The position numbers and the translations under genes are program-made. Positions 1 to 10,896 of a DNA stretch of 64,000 nt are shown here, in pieces. The stretch is taken from the NCBI GenBank assembly GCA_008632985.1, contig QPGO01000004.1, positions 62,001 through 126,000 on the forward strand, given 5' to 3'. This DNA comes from Psammoneis japonica. Taxonomy: Eukaryota. The notes below the pieces were generated by a model. That model was not told the origin of the DNA. It worked only from the letters and a program-made list of their open reading frames with translations, and made no database searches. Every line of letters begins with the position of its first letter. Positions within the stretch are counted from its first letter, which is position 1.

Positions 1-1434
1 GGTGACACCGCTGTATCGAAAAAGATAAGCTTCTCCGCGTTCGACATTAATGTTTTGTGCTCCTGCGGCGAGGAGATTTCCGTCATTGGATATACTAATG
101 TGACCAGCCCCAAGCTGACCATTGCCTCCTTTTCCAAATATAGTCTGACCACGTTGGACCCATGTTCTGTCTAGAAGCTCGTATACACGCACAGCACCCG
201 ACAGTGTACCAGTCGTGTCGTCGCCTTCCGCTCCAACAGCCAAGATAGAACCGTCCGAGGAAAGAGCGACACTAGAACCTTGGCCACCTTCGGGGGCTTC
301 CCCATCAAGAGGTTGACCTACAGAGTTCCAGCTCCCGTCAAAGAAATCAAAGACTTTTGTGCGTCCGGTTCCACGTCCACCGTTCAGGATACCAACAGCA
401 AGCCTCCGCCCAGCCGAGTCCAACGCAATGGACCGGCCAAACTGATCCATGGCAACATCTCCCTCCAACACTTGTCCAAGACCTATCCATCCACCGCTCC
501 ATGTGAATACCCTAACGTATCCTGCATTTACTCTGTCACTCGAAGGATCGCCAAGCCTTGCAGAAACAGCCATTGTTCTTCCACTGTTGGACAGTGCCAC
601 AGCCCAACCAAACTGATCTCCAGGAGCCAAGCCATTGATGGGTGACCCATGCGGTTTCCACTCATTGTTGGAGCTCATTCTAAATGTTTGGACTTGTCCA
701 GCACTCTCGCCTCCATCACTGTTGCTCCTTGCACCAACAACCAGAATGGTGCCATCTTCACTCAGATCCAAACGACAACCAAAGGATCCGCTGCCTCTGA
801 GAACTTGTTCAAGACGACTCCACTGGTTGTCGCCGCTTCTACGAAAGGTCGTGACGGTATTTACATTGATTGCACCCACCACCATTGTCTTGCCATCACC
901 TGAAAGCACTGCAGAGACTCCAAACCTGCCTCCAATGTCGGTCCCGCGAAACGTCTCCAGAGCGGACACTTGAACTTGGCCCAATAAGCTGACGGTCGGA
1001 GAGAGCGTCGGAGTGCTGCCTACAGACGTTGGATTATTTGTCGATGGCCTGAGTGTCGGCTCGATAACTGGAGACATTGTTGGAACCCCAGATTCTGTGG
1101 CTGTTGGGCCTTTGCCAAGTCCTGTTGCTTTCTCGCCCCCGTTACCGTCGTTGCCGACGACAAGCACGCCAACAATAGCCGCAATAGCAGCAACAAACAA
1201 AAGGATTGCAAGAATCACGAACCATTTTCGTTTCCAAAAAGGAGGCTTTTCCGCTACAAAGTGAATGTTGTTTATATCGTCTAGAGGAATGGGTTGCCGA
1301 CTCCGAAGCGCTTCCACTTCTTGTCGGATTTCTGCGGGAAGATCTTCCTCCATTATTTCACTTGCAAGATCTTCGTTCGAAACGGTACCATGGGAGAAAA
1401 ACGAATTGTGGCCTTGAGACGTTCTCGAATCCAT
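1..1434 (-). CDS. Type II membrane protein with Pro/Thr stalk and FG-GAP-like beta-propeller repeats (3' end runs off the window)
   Basis: Manual translation from ATG at 1434 is open to position 1: ...PFWKRKWFVILAILLFVAAIAAIVGVLVV (TM), short PT stalk, then repeats FGVSAVLSGDGKTMVVGA, FGWAVALSNSGRTMAVSA, SVALSSDGSILAVGA. Close paralog of 2170-4473. Absent from the ORF track because no stop lies in the window. Confidence 0.85.
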   Translation of the reverse strand, partial: MDSRTSQGHNSFFSHGTVSNEDLASEIMEEDLPAEIRQEVEALRSRQPIPLDDINNIHFVAEKPPFWKRKWFVILAILLFVAAIAAIVGVLVVGNDGNGGEKATGLGKGPTATESGVPTMSPVIEPTLRPSTNNPTSVGSTPTLSPTVSLLGQVQVSALETFRGTDIGGRFGVSAVLSGDGKTMVVGAINVNTVTTFRRSGDNQWSRLEQVLRGSGSFGCRLDLSEDGTILVVGARSNSDGGESAGQVQTFRMSSNNEWKPHGSPINGLAPGDQFGWAVALSNSGRTMAVSARLGDPSSDRVNAGYVRVFTWSGGWIGLGQVLEGDVAMDQFGRSIALDSAGRRLAVGILNGGRGTGRTKVFDFFDGSWNSVGQPLDGEAPEGGQGSSVALSSDGSILAVGAEGDDTTGTLSGAVRVYELLDRTWVQRGQTIFGKGGNGQLGAGHISISNDGNLLAAGAQNINVERGEAYLFRYSGVT

Positions 1435-2169
1435 TGTTGAGAATCTACACCAACCTTGTCACCTGCTGAATCATCAACCAAAGAAGAGTATCAACAAGAA
1501 GGCGGAAACGAAACAACATTGAACATGATGATCATCAGCGGAAGCATGATTCACATGATTCGCGGATCGCGGATTGTGCATGGGTGTCTGCGTGTCTGTG
1601 TGAGTGAATTGTCGGCGATCGCGAGAATAACTGGAAAATAGAAGTGGCCTAAAGTTCAAATCCTCAATTTCAACTCTTGCTAAATTGTCTAACAAGTTCA
1701 TCTTAACCTCTCGGATCGCAAGAAGGAATGCATTTGCTGTTGGTAGAGCCCTGCGCGAGAACCAGATTCCAGATAATTGACGACAGCGCACACCATTCCC
1801 GCTCAAACAGAACAATTTAGTGTAGACGCAGGCAAAGGTTAGGATACAATGGCATCAATAAGAAAGTTTAGGAGGACTAAAGAATATAGACCTAAGTTAT
1901 CTCCGCAACTATTGCGTATATATAGGAAAAATGCAAAATAACGCAACTCGCGAAACGCGTGTCCATCAACAAGACGCATACATGTAAGACTAAGCAAAAT
2001 GCATCAAAATGCAACTTCGACTGCGGCACGGGCACGTCCCTTGGAAGGAATCGACTCTAGAGTCTACTGAGAGGACATTTGGCATGGAAGAATATGGTGG
2101 AAGAATGGATGAATTATGCATCATGGATCGCGTCTCGTCCCGTCGCGCCCCAACGAATTGACTAGGGCC

Positions 2170-4473
2170 CTAGTCCACCGAGAAGACACGAACATAGCCA
2201 TTTCCGTCGTCGGGTGCGCCGACTGCAAAGTAGGAGCCATCACCGGATAGCGCTACTGATTGCCCAAAAGTTCCACCTGGACTATCTCCCCTCACTTCAG
2301 CAACCTGCTCCCATTTAGATGCAACAGCGTTGTACTGAAAGAGATATGCTTCGCCCCGATACTCGTCGATGTTAGGTGCTCCGGCTAATAGAAGGTTTCC
2401 GTCGTCCGACAAGCCCAAGTGACCATATCCAAAGTGCCCAGGACTTCCTTGCCCATAGATATTTTGACCACGTTGGATCCAGGTGCTTCCAGAGAGTTTG
2501 TACACGCGCACCATACCCGATTGCGCTCCAGTTTCGTCGTTGCCATCAGCGCCAATGGCAAGAACAGAGCCATCGGAAGATAGAGCAACACTTGTACCCT
2601 GGGAATCTTCAAAAGAGACACCGTCAAGATCTTGTCCCACAGTTCTCCAGGACCCATCGACGTAGTCATAGACCTTTACTCTTCCAGCGCCGCTACCACC
2701 ATTAACGATTCCAACGGCTATTCTACGTCCCGTTGAATCGAATGCAATAGCTCGACCAAGCATATCAAGGGCATTTTCACCTTGAATGTCACTGCCTAAT
2801 TGTATCCAATTACCGCTCCATGTAAAAACTCGAACGTATCCGGCATTCATTCTACCCGAAGGATTGCCAAGGTAGGAAGAAGCGGCTATAGTTCGTCCAC
2901 TATCCGACACTGCCACATCCCAAGCAAATTCATCGTCATCATCCCTCCCATTGATTCGTGATCCATAAGAATCCCACTTCTCCTCGGAATTCATTCGAAA
3001 CACTCGGACTTGCCCCGCACTGTCACCTCCATCATCATGACTTCTTGCACCGACGACTAGGATACGCCCGTCATCGCTGAGACCCACACGACCACCAAAA
3101 GATCCGCTACCCTTGAGAACTTGGCCGTATCTTTTCCAATCGTTGCCACTACGCCGATAGACAATGACAGTGTTCTTATTGATTGCACCAGCTGCCATTA
3201 CCCTGCCATCTCCAGAGAACTCAACACAAACGCCAAACCTACTGTCATCATCGAGCCCTCGAAGTGTCTGAAGGGCATTCACGTTTGGTATAGGCAGCGT
3301 AGATGGAATTGTAGGCGGTGGAGTTGGAGAAGCTGTTACCGGTGGAGTCGTTGGAGGCGGCGTGCTTACCGTGAAAGTCTGAGTCGGTGAATTAGTGGAC
3401 GGTGGAGTGGGTGAACTAGTTACAGGCAACGTAGATGGAATCGTAGACGGGGGTGTTGGCGGCGGAGTTGGCGAAGCTGTTACCGGTGGAGTAGTTGGAG
3501 GCTGAGTCGGTGGAGTAGTGGACGGTGGAGTTGGTGAACTAGTTTCCGGTGGTGTCGTTTCAGAAGGCTGCGTGGTAGTCGTCGGCGAATCTGTATCTGG
3601 CTTTGCGGTGGCTTGAGTTGGCGAAGGCGTGACCGGTTGGTCGGTGACAGGTGATTGCGTTGGCGAGTCGGTTGTCGGAGACCCTGTCAATGATTCCTTC
3701 CCCAAACTCCCGCCACCGGAACCATTGCTACTGCCACCGAGTATTGCGCCAACAACCCCAGCAATGGCTGCAATCAGCAACACAATTGCAACGATAATAA
3801 ACCACTTGCTTCGCCAGAAGGGAATCTTGTCTTGCTCTTTCAGAGTAGGAGGCCTATCAACATTAGTAGGCTCCTCGCCGAACGATCCTGACGCGACCGT
3901 CACATGTACAGCCTCAGCTGTAACCACTCGGCCTTGGATTGCTTGCATTTCTTGCCTTATTTCTGCCCGTAGTTCCTCCCTCATTTCATGCGCGAGATCC
4001 TCACTTGTAATGGCTTGAGCGACTACCGTTTGTGGAGCTTCAGGGATAGGCATACCACTGGCTCGGGTCGTATCTGCAGTCGTACGGGGATCAATGAGAT
4101 CAACATCAGCACTGGGCTCGTTGAGACCTGGAACTGGCACAGCACCAATTCTTGCTTCTTCTCTGCCAACTGGCGCTCTCTCTACTGCATCATAGCACGC
4201 GCTGTTTTGGATACTGTTGTCTTGATTTTGCTGCGGTGGAGACGTAGCCGACCTAATCGGTGGCGGGAGTGATGCAGAAAAATTATCATCGTGATCGACA
4301 CCCCGCGCCCTTCGACACGATGTTCTTGTCGTCCCTTTCTTGTGCCAGTCCTTTTTTGTTTCTTTCTCATAAAGTGTTGGAACTCTGTGAGAATTTCCTG
4401 CATACGAGCCCGTCCAACGCATATCGCCTCCAAAAGACTCCAAGTCTCTCGATTCTTTTCCCTTTCTGTTCAT
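2170..4473 (-). CDS. Type II membrane protein with Pro/Thr stalk and FG-GAP-like beta-propeller
   Basis: 770-aa ORF (first ATG at 4473). TM WFIIVAIVLLIAAIAGVVGAIL, long PT/SPT stalk, about 7 FG-x-x-V-x-L-S-x-D-G-x-x-x-A-V-G-A type repeats. Confidence 0.9.
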   Translation of the reverse strand: MNRKGKESRDLESFGGDMRWTGSYAGNSHRVPTLYEKETKKDWHKKGTTRTSCRRARGVDHDDNFSASLPPPIRSATSPPQQNQDNSIQNSACYDAVERAPVGREEARIGAVPVPGLNEPSADVDLIDPRTTADTTRASGMPIPEAPQTVVAQAITSEDLAHEMREELRAEIRQEMQAIQGRVVTAEAVHVTVASGSFGEEPTNVDRPPTLKEQDKIPFWRSKWFIIVAIVLLIAAIAGVVGAILGGSSNGSGGGSLGKESLTGSPTTDSPTQSPVTDQPVTPSPTQATAKPDTDSPTTTTQPSETTPPETSSPTPPSTTPPTQPPTTPPVTASPTPPPTPPSTIPSTLPVTSSPTPPSTNSPTQTFTVSTPPPTTPPVTASPTPPPTIPSTLPIPNVNALQTLRGLDDDSRFGVCVEFSGDGRVMAAGAINKNTVIVYRRSGNDWKRYGQVLKGSGSFGGRVGLSDDGRILVVGARSHDDGGDSAGQVRVFRMNSEEKWDSYGSRINGRDDDDEFAWDVAVSDSGRTIAASSYLGNPSGRMNAGYVRVFTWSGNWIQLGSDIQGENALDMLGRAIAFDSTGRRIAVGIVNGGSGAGRVKVYDYVDGSWRTVGQDLDGVSFEDSQGTSVALSSDGSVLAIGADGNDETGAQSGMVRVYKLSGSTWIQRGQNIYGQGSPGHFGYGHLGLSDDGNLLLAGAPNIDEYRGEAYLFQYNAVASKWEQVAEVRGDSPGGTFGQSVALSGDGSYFAVGAPDDGNGYVRVFSVD
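3270..3680 (-). repeat. Coding Pro/Thr-rich tandem repeats (mucin-like stalk)
   Basis: Repeated TTPPVTASPTPPPT, IPSTLP and TSSPTPPST units in the 2170-4473 protein. Confidence 0.8.
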
Positions 4474-5197
4474 GTTCCGCAAAAATCCTCTTGAAAGACT
4501 TGCCTGTATCTAGACGACACAACTAAAATATCCAAACTCTCTGAACTCGGGAAGTGTCAGTCTTTCTTGTTTGTTTCGACTCTTATGGCGCTTGCTAGTT
4601 CTGAGTACTCACTGCGAATCGCTGTGTTTTTCTTTTTTGTCTACGTTACGTTGCGACAAGTCGCACTTGAAGAATATACTCGGCGATAGCTTTTCGTTCA
4701 CGATTCGCGATTTTTGGAGGCAGGCTTCTCGTTTTCCCGCCACCAGGCTCGCATTTTAGACGTGTTTGTTTGTCTGTCTGCCATTTATTTGATGTTTATT
4801 CGGATATGAACATTAAAATTAAAGTACTATCATTCTTCAGTGCTTAATAAATAAATTCTGACTGAGATCCGAACCCAACGTGCCGGCCCAGAAACGAAAA
4901 CGCAGGGCATCGATCCTGAGGAGTCGTCGTCGTCGCCATGGAGCATGCGTTCTACAGACTTGAGACATGCTTGTAGGCCGTATTGTCATCCTTGTCTCTC
5001 TGTTACGATACATCATTTTCTCGTAACTAGACTCATACACTTGTCGATCATCAAGCTTTTTCAAATAATTGAACTATTTTTCTTTGACAAAACTAGGGGA
5101 GTTACGAACGGATATGGTACATTCTTCATTTTATCATAAGAGACCTCCTCTCAATGATCGATAAACAGCGAATCCCCTTGTTGGCGTTCTCACTTAA

Positions 5198-5662
5198 CTA
5201 TCGGTACCACACCACATCGCTGCGGCATTCGCGAACGGCACGCTGTGCAAGTTCGTCACTCCGGTAGTTCTTGCCGTGCTCGACGTGAGTGAATCGAATA
5301 TCCACACTCGAAAGCTCCTCCAAAAGCTTCTTGACAGTGTCGTAAAGCGGTGCAATGTTGGCACTCCGGACGTATCGCAAGTCTTGTATCTGTTCAAGCG
5401 TCATGATGGAATCACTTCGGATATAGAGCTTCTTCACAACAATGTTATCTCGCACGCAACGCAACCCAGCAATCAAGCCCTCGTATCCAGCCTGAGGATT
5501 GGAGTATCCCATACCAAGAAACCGAAAGAATTGCACGACAGTACTGCCATCGGCGCCGTGCTCGTCCATCTCGACAATTTCGTATGCACAACCGGCCGGT
5601 CCGTGAGGATTGAACTCCGATGTGCCGTCAAAGTAAAGGATGGCGCGGTCCAAATGAACCAT
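5198..5662 (-). CDS. RNase H type I-like protein (stand-alone)
   Basis: Motifs LYFDGTS...GPAGCA, SNPQAGYEGLIAGL, LYIRSDS and FTHVEHGKNYRSDELA follow the RNase HI-like (archaeal/retroelement-type) pattern. ATG at 5662. Confidence 0.8.
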   Translation of the reverse strand: MVHLDRAILYFDGTSEFNPHGPAGCAYEIVEMDEHGADGSTVVQFFRFLGMGYSNPQAGYEGLIAGLRCVRDNIVVKKLYIRSDSIMTLEQIQDLRYVRSANIAPLYDTVKKLLEELSSVDIRFTHVEHGKNYRSDELAQRAVRECRSDVVWYR

Positions 5663-6225
5663 GGCGAATTGAAGCAAAATCCGTCAATAACGACAGTTGT
5701 GAATCGACTGATGATTTTGCGTCAATGTTGCTGTTACAGATCGTGTTGGATTTTCTTCACGTGAGTCGCAGTACATTTCTTCCGTGGCGACGAAAACGGT
5801 AACGGCAGCAATTTGAAATTCGGAAAAAGAGAGCCGTACATAGGTCAGGACGCCTTGCCAAGGCATGAAACGGTAGGTCTTGTATTGTCTCACTCAATTC
5901 GCTCCGCCGCGTGGAATGGTCACTGGCAGATTAAACATGCTTTACTCGGAGAACTGGACCATGACTCATGATCGATGTGCAAGTATGATAGGCTTTGGCG
6001 TGCAACGTCTTGAAAACATTCGTAGGAATGTCTTTTGGCCTAGCTTCAACCAGAAGCTGCAATATCAATTGGTAGCATTCCTACTGTACATTTCTTGTTG
6101 AAGCCAGATAGAACAGGTCGGACTGACGGGGCGTGAAGCTATACTATGGAGTTCCATGCAACCAACTTGGTACTCGCCGCGAGGAAAGGCTGCTTACGAA
6201 TCGTAACTGCGCGACAAAAAATGAT

Positions 6226-7074
6226 TCATGTTTCATTTTCATCATTCAGTAGCGACGCCGTCGGTACCCTCACAAGCTCTTCTGGACAAATTTGAAACAC
6301 AACCTCATCATCGTACGGAGAATCTTCGTTTACCATCAAATTTCGAATCATAGTCATGATTGCTTGAAGTGATCGGTCAGGATTCATATCAATTTGTCTT
6401 CGAAACTCTTTTTCATTCAAATGAACTCCCTCCATCATGCCTATCCGAACAATCACTTTTTCGACTTCTGTTGGACTCAGCGAAAAGTCTCGGTTGGTGT
6501 CGCTCTTGACCACGACACTCATCAAGTTTTGAATGGTGGCCGCCTTGAGCTTTTGCTTGATTTTGTCCATGACCATGCGCTGCTCCTCGACAATGCGACA
6601 CAATCGATGTACTTGTTGTTTGGAATGATTACCGAGTCTCATTAGTTCGTATTCTGTCTTTTGTGCGCGAAGTGCCAATTGCTGGAGTCGTGACGCTTGG
6701 TTGGAAAGTCTGGTGTTTTGTACTTTTAAATCGTTACGTTGATGTCGCAATTCATAATGTTCACTACGCACAGAGCTACCAAGGTTACGAATCTTGCGGC
6801 GTTGATAGGCTGCATAAGGACCAAAGAAGAGGGTACAGATGGACGCTGCCCGAACCAGAATAGCAGTCGACGAATACAATTGCCACGACAATAAAGCTGC
6901 CCCCACGGCAATTGCCGCCACTCCATCCATGAATCGAATTCGGCTGCATATACCACGTTTCTCGGTCTTTTCCTTTTCTTGCATGTTCTCAGATCGTAAC
7001 GTTTCATAAGTGATGTTGTTCTTTGCCGTTCCCTGCTGACGCCATCTCAAAGAAGACTGTGATGATGACAACAT
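6226..7074 (-). CDS. Hypothetical membrane protein with coiled coil and one EF-hand-like loop
   Basis: 282-aa ORF; two hydrophobic segments, heptad-rich middle, DTNRDFSLSPTEV loop. Confidence 0.7.
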   Translation of the reverse strand: MLSSSQSSLRWRQQGTAKNNITYETLRSENMQEKEKTEKRGICSRIRFMDGVAAIAVGAALLSWQLYSSTAILVRAASICTLFFGPYAAYQRRKIRNLGSSVRSEHYELRHQRNDLKVQNTRLSNQASRLQQLALRAQKTEYELMRLGNHSKQQVHRLCRIVEEQRMVMDKIKQKLKAATIQNLMSVVVKSDTNRDFSLSPTEVEKVIVRIGMMEGVHLNEKEFRRQIDMNPDRSLQAIMTMIRNLMVNEDSPYDDEVVFQICPEELVRVPTASLLNDENET

Positions 7075-7651
7075 TATTTTCAGAAGAGTGGACTATTGTC
7101 TCAACGTACTTCTACTTATCGCAACAATGACACAGGTCAGAGACACTACGAAACGTTGAAAGTTACTTTGACAGGATGCTGTATGACTGGGGACAGTAGA
7201 ATAGAGCGAGTTGAGAGCGTGTGATGGACGGAGTTGCATCGCTCTCGGCGGCGGCGCACGTCATGGCCATTCTTTTTTCTTTTTTTCTTTTCCGAAAAGA
7301 TGGCATGTTTTAATTTTTATAAAGATTTTTATATAAATATAATATTAGGCGAAGACCAAAACCGATAGTGACTACAGTATCATACATTTACGGTATACCA
7401 TATTGGATAACTACATATAAAAACTTATTCCTGCAGTACACCAGCCCAAAACTTAAAATTGTACGCGCCTGTCTCGCTCCTGCCGCCGCCGTCGCGTCGC
7501 ATCGCGCAGGTCGCAGTCATTTTGTGTTCGCTTATTGTTGCTACAGTATTGTTGAAAAGAGGTTGTTGAGGTTGTTAACGTTCCTTTCACCATCTCTCTG
7601 TCATTATTGAGAGCAGGGAAGTATCTAGTAGAGGCGCATACAATAACACCA

Positions 7652-9053
7652 ATGAAAGGAAACAAAAAGTGGATACGAAGACGCCACGGATACAAATGGA
7701 AGGTAGCAGTCTTGCTGAGTGTGCTCTTCATGGCTGCCTACAAGGTGTTTGATATTGTATCCTTGGGAGAAAGCGGTGCGGGTCATCGAAAACAACAATG
7801 GCAACACGCAAAAGAGAAATTCTTTCGTCGAGGAAAAAAGTTGTCGGGTGCGCAACAAGAAGAAGCAATCATGGAGGCGCGATTGCACTTGGTAGATCTA
7901 AAGATACCGACGGGCGCCTTGGCGACTGGAACAGAGGGATTTCCAGGAGTGAGGGCTGTCTTTTGCGAGGTGGACTGGGAGTTGCAAAAGAGAAATCCGT
8001 CGTCTGTAGGCATGTTTCGAGACTTGATAAGCAAGTCATATAAATGCAAGAGCACTAGAACAAGTGTCTCCTTGGAGGACATTGTCAAAAAGGCTCGAGC
8101 CTTTGATGAGCAATCCAGAGGAGTGTATGTGCTTCCACCCAAGGCGTTTGTCTTTCATGAAACACGTTGTGGGTCTACTCTGGTTGCAAACTTATTGGCG
8201 GGTTTCGATCCTAAGAGCAATCGAGTCTACAGCGAGTCGCCACCACCCGTGACGGCGCTCAAGGCTTGCGAAGGCCACCCGGCATCAACGTGTGACAAAT
8301 CAAAAGCAGCAGCATTGTTGAGAGATGTTGTGTATCTCATGGGACGAACAAACGACATTATGGAACAGAATGTCTTTTATAAAATCCAATCGATTGGAGG
8401 ACGGAGCATATCTGTGTTTCGAGAAGCCTTCCCTACAACGCCATGGATGTTTGTGTTTCGAGACTCGGTGGAAGTCATGATGAGTCACTTTAAGAACGGT
8501 CTCAGTAAACGAGCCGTTTGCATGAGGTCCTTAACAAAGCCAATGCCCATTTTGACAAATCTCGTGAAGCAAAAGGGTTTCGAGATGGGCTCTTTGACAA
8601 ACCCGCAGTTTTGCGCGGCGCACTTGGTAAGTTCGTGCTTTTTGGATTCGTTTGCTTTCTAGGCATTTCATTTTAAAATTGAATGTCGAATGATTCTGAT
8701 GCTGTGCGCTCCTGTTGGTAAAGGCTTCTCTGTGCGAATCGGCCATTGCAGAACGGGAAAAGTCAGGCACGGGCCGATTAATCAACTATGCAACGTTGCC
8801 GGACGTCATGTGGGAGTCGATTTTACCAGACTACTTGGGCATTGATGTCGATGACACTGTGATTAGCAACATGAAGAAGACGGCAGACCTATACAGCAAG
8901 GGAGGACGCGGCGACAGGACCAATCAAACCTGGAAGGAAGACAGTGAGCAAAAGAGAGCAAACGCTCCCAGGGAGGTTCAGGAGGCGAGCCGCGTCTTTA
9001 TGGATCCAGCCTTTGAAAAAATGAAGGCTTTCGCTCAAAAAGATCAAAAGTAA
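7652..9053 (+). CDS. Type II membrane sulfotransferase-like protein (paralog 1; intron 8627-8723)
   Basis: N-terminal TM; FVFHETRCGSTL (5'-PSB-like loop) and WMFVFRDSVEVMMSH (3'-PB-like). Removing the GTAAGT...AG intron joins CAAHL|ASLCESA, matching contiguous CAVHLAAICEVA in paralog 2. Confidence 0.8.
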
Positions 9054-9435
9054 TATCTTGCTCAGAGTAGCGAGGAGCAACGAAGCTGCAGCAAACTCCA
9101 TGAATGAATTCTTTGGTTATTACTAGTCAATTCTTGGCATCAGTCCGGTAGCCAGAAAGTCGACGAGATCAGAATTGGCAGAATGGATCGCATGGTTTGC
9201 TGCTGCTGCTGCTCCTCCTCCTCGCTCTTGTATGGTAGTAGGGTAGCTTCAAACTATGGCGATGAAGCTGCAGAATATCTGGAACAAGCAAAACAGGAAA
9301 CTGCAATTGAGGCCAATCAAATTTTGGAAATTCAGTGGCGTCCCACCATTTCCAGCGATCGGCCACCTCCCGTGACCATTTGTTTCCCGTTGTTTTGCAT
9401 CTGTCTCATTTTTGTGATAGCTGGTGTGACTGATT

Positions 9436-10752
9436 GTGTTGGCATTCCAGTCGCTGTGCTGGTTGCTTGCGCGCAAGCCGGGTTCGTTTCGGATTTTCGC
9501 ACACCGGAACGACTCCTTCCAAACAGAAAACTTTGCAAACAGCGAACGTGGAACATTATTCATCACTCTCTCGCAACGTGGAAGAAACCCACCGTGGGAG
9601 AAACTCTGCCTGGAGAAACAACACGGCCCTTGTTCGCAGTCACAAAATTTGATATCACAAACAACCTGTGAGGCTGCTACTCCACAGACAAGAAGGCCAC
9701 CACAAATAAAGTTGTTGAAAACGCAATGGCAACCGAACCTACCGTCGGAAGACGTCGGAAAATTGGCAATCGAACGCAGCCTCGAATATGTCGGAACATT
9801 GCTGGTTGACGAAGCCAATAACTGGTTACGGCGAGAAGTATTCTCCTTTCTTGATGGCGTTGAAACCTTGCGCTTGGCTGGAACCTGTAAATCACTACGG
9901 CTCGTACGATTGCTTCCTCCAACACGAAAACAATTGAATGGTCATTTTACAAGTTTCAAATGCTATTGCTATCGCAAGATTCGTACCATTGAATTTTGGA
10001 CGACTCCAAAAGAAAAGATTATTTCTGCTCTGATGAAAGCTCGCATCCGTGGAAACGGTCGAATTATGACATTTCGACTCTCCAAGCAAGAAAAATTCAG
10101 AGACCTCCCGACCATCGAAGGAGATTATGTCCCACTTGTTGACTGTAGGCGCCAGGCACTTGAAGTGGAAAAGTTCTCCCCTCTCTTGAAGACTTTTGTT
10201 CCTTGTGGCAATGAGGTAGACTACAATATCTACGTGGGTTACGGTGGAAGCAACCCTGGATTTCTATTCCAAGATCTCCAACTTCGTGAATTGGTCCGTA
10301 GTGAGGATTACAACGAGCTGGCACTGCGTCTCCAGGAGGAAACAACAGACTCCAATCATGAAGGCAATGCATTTGTGGTACTTGGCGACTCGACATCCAG
10401 AAGAAGTTTCACGAAGCAATTCTCGATAAACAGGGATGAGATCTGCGCATTAGGATCCTCAAGTGGATGTCATTACAGTTGTCACGAAACGATTTCGCTT
10501 CGAGGGGAAGCAACGAATGAAGCTAGCGAACGAAGGGATAAAGAGACTGTAAGAACACGTAGCACTGTCATTATTATGAAGAACGATCGTCTAAAGAACG
10601 ATCGTCTATTAGATATCCTTCTAGATAACACACCCATCAACGATGCCTTTATGTTTGCAGACGACATTGCGCCAAGGCGTTGTGGAATTTCGGATATCAT
10701 TGTCAAGCCCGGAACCCGGGGTGGAACAGAGGCAACCAAACTGTTACTCTAG
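9436..10752 (+). CDS. F-box-like hypothetical protein (5' end uncertain, possibly spliced to the 9183 ORF)
   Basis: 438-codon ORF containing WLRREVFSFLDGVETLRLAGTCKSLR, an F-box-like pattern. Confidence 0.5.
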   Translation: MLAFQSLCWLLARKPGSFRIFAHRNDSFQTENFANSERGTLFITLSQRGRNPPWEKLCLEKQHGPCSQSQNLISQTTCEAATPQTRRPPQIKLLKTQWQPNLPSEDVGKLAIERSLEYVGTLLVDEANNWLRREVFSFLDGVETLRLAGTCKSLRLVRLLPPTRKQLNGHFTSFKCYCYRKIRTIEFWTTPKEKIISALMKARIRGNGRIMTFRLSKQEKFRDLPTIEGDYVPLVDCRRQALEVEKFSPLLKTFVPCGNEVDYNIYVGYGGSNPGFLFQDLQLRELVRSEDYNELALRLQEETTDSNHEGNAFVVLGDSTSRRSFTKQFSINRDEICALGSSSGCHYSCHETISLRGEATNEASERRDKETVRTRSTVIIMKNDRLKNDRLLDILLDNTPINDAFMFADDIAPRRCGISDIIVKPGTRGGTEATKLLL

Positions 10753-10896
10753 CACGTACTATAGGAATCGCGCGCTGTTTGTGGCTGCTGGTTCTTTGCT
10801 TTCCTTCGGAGCAATTGCAGTGATGGGATCAACGCTGCGGAAGTAATTCTTGCGTTTCGAATTCTGAAACTCGCAGAAAATCAAGAGACTAGTGAG

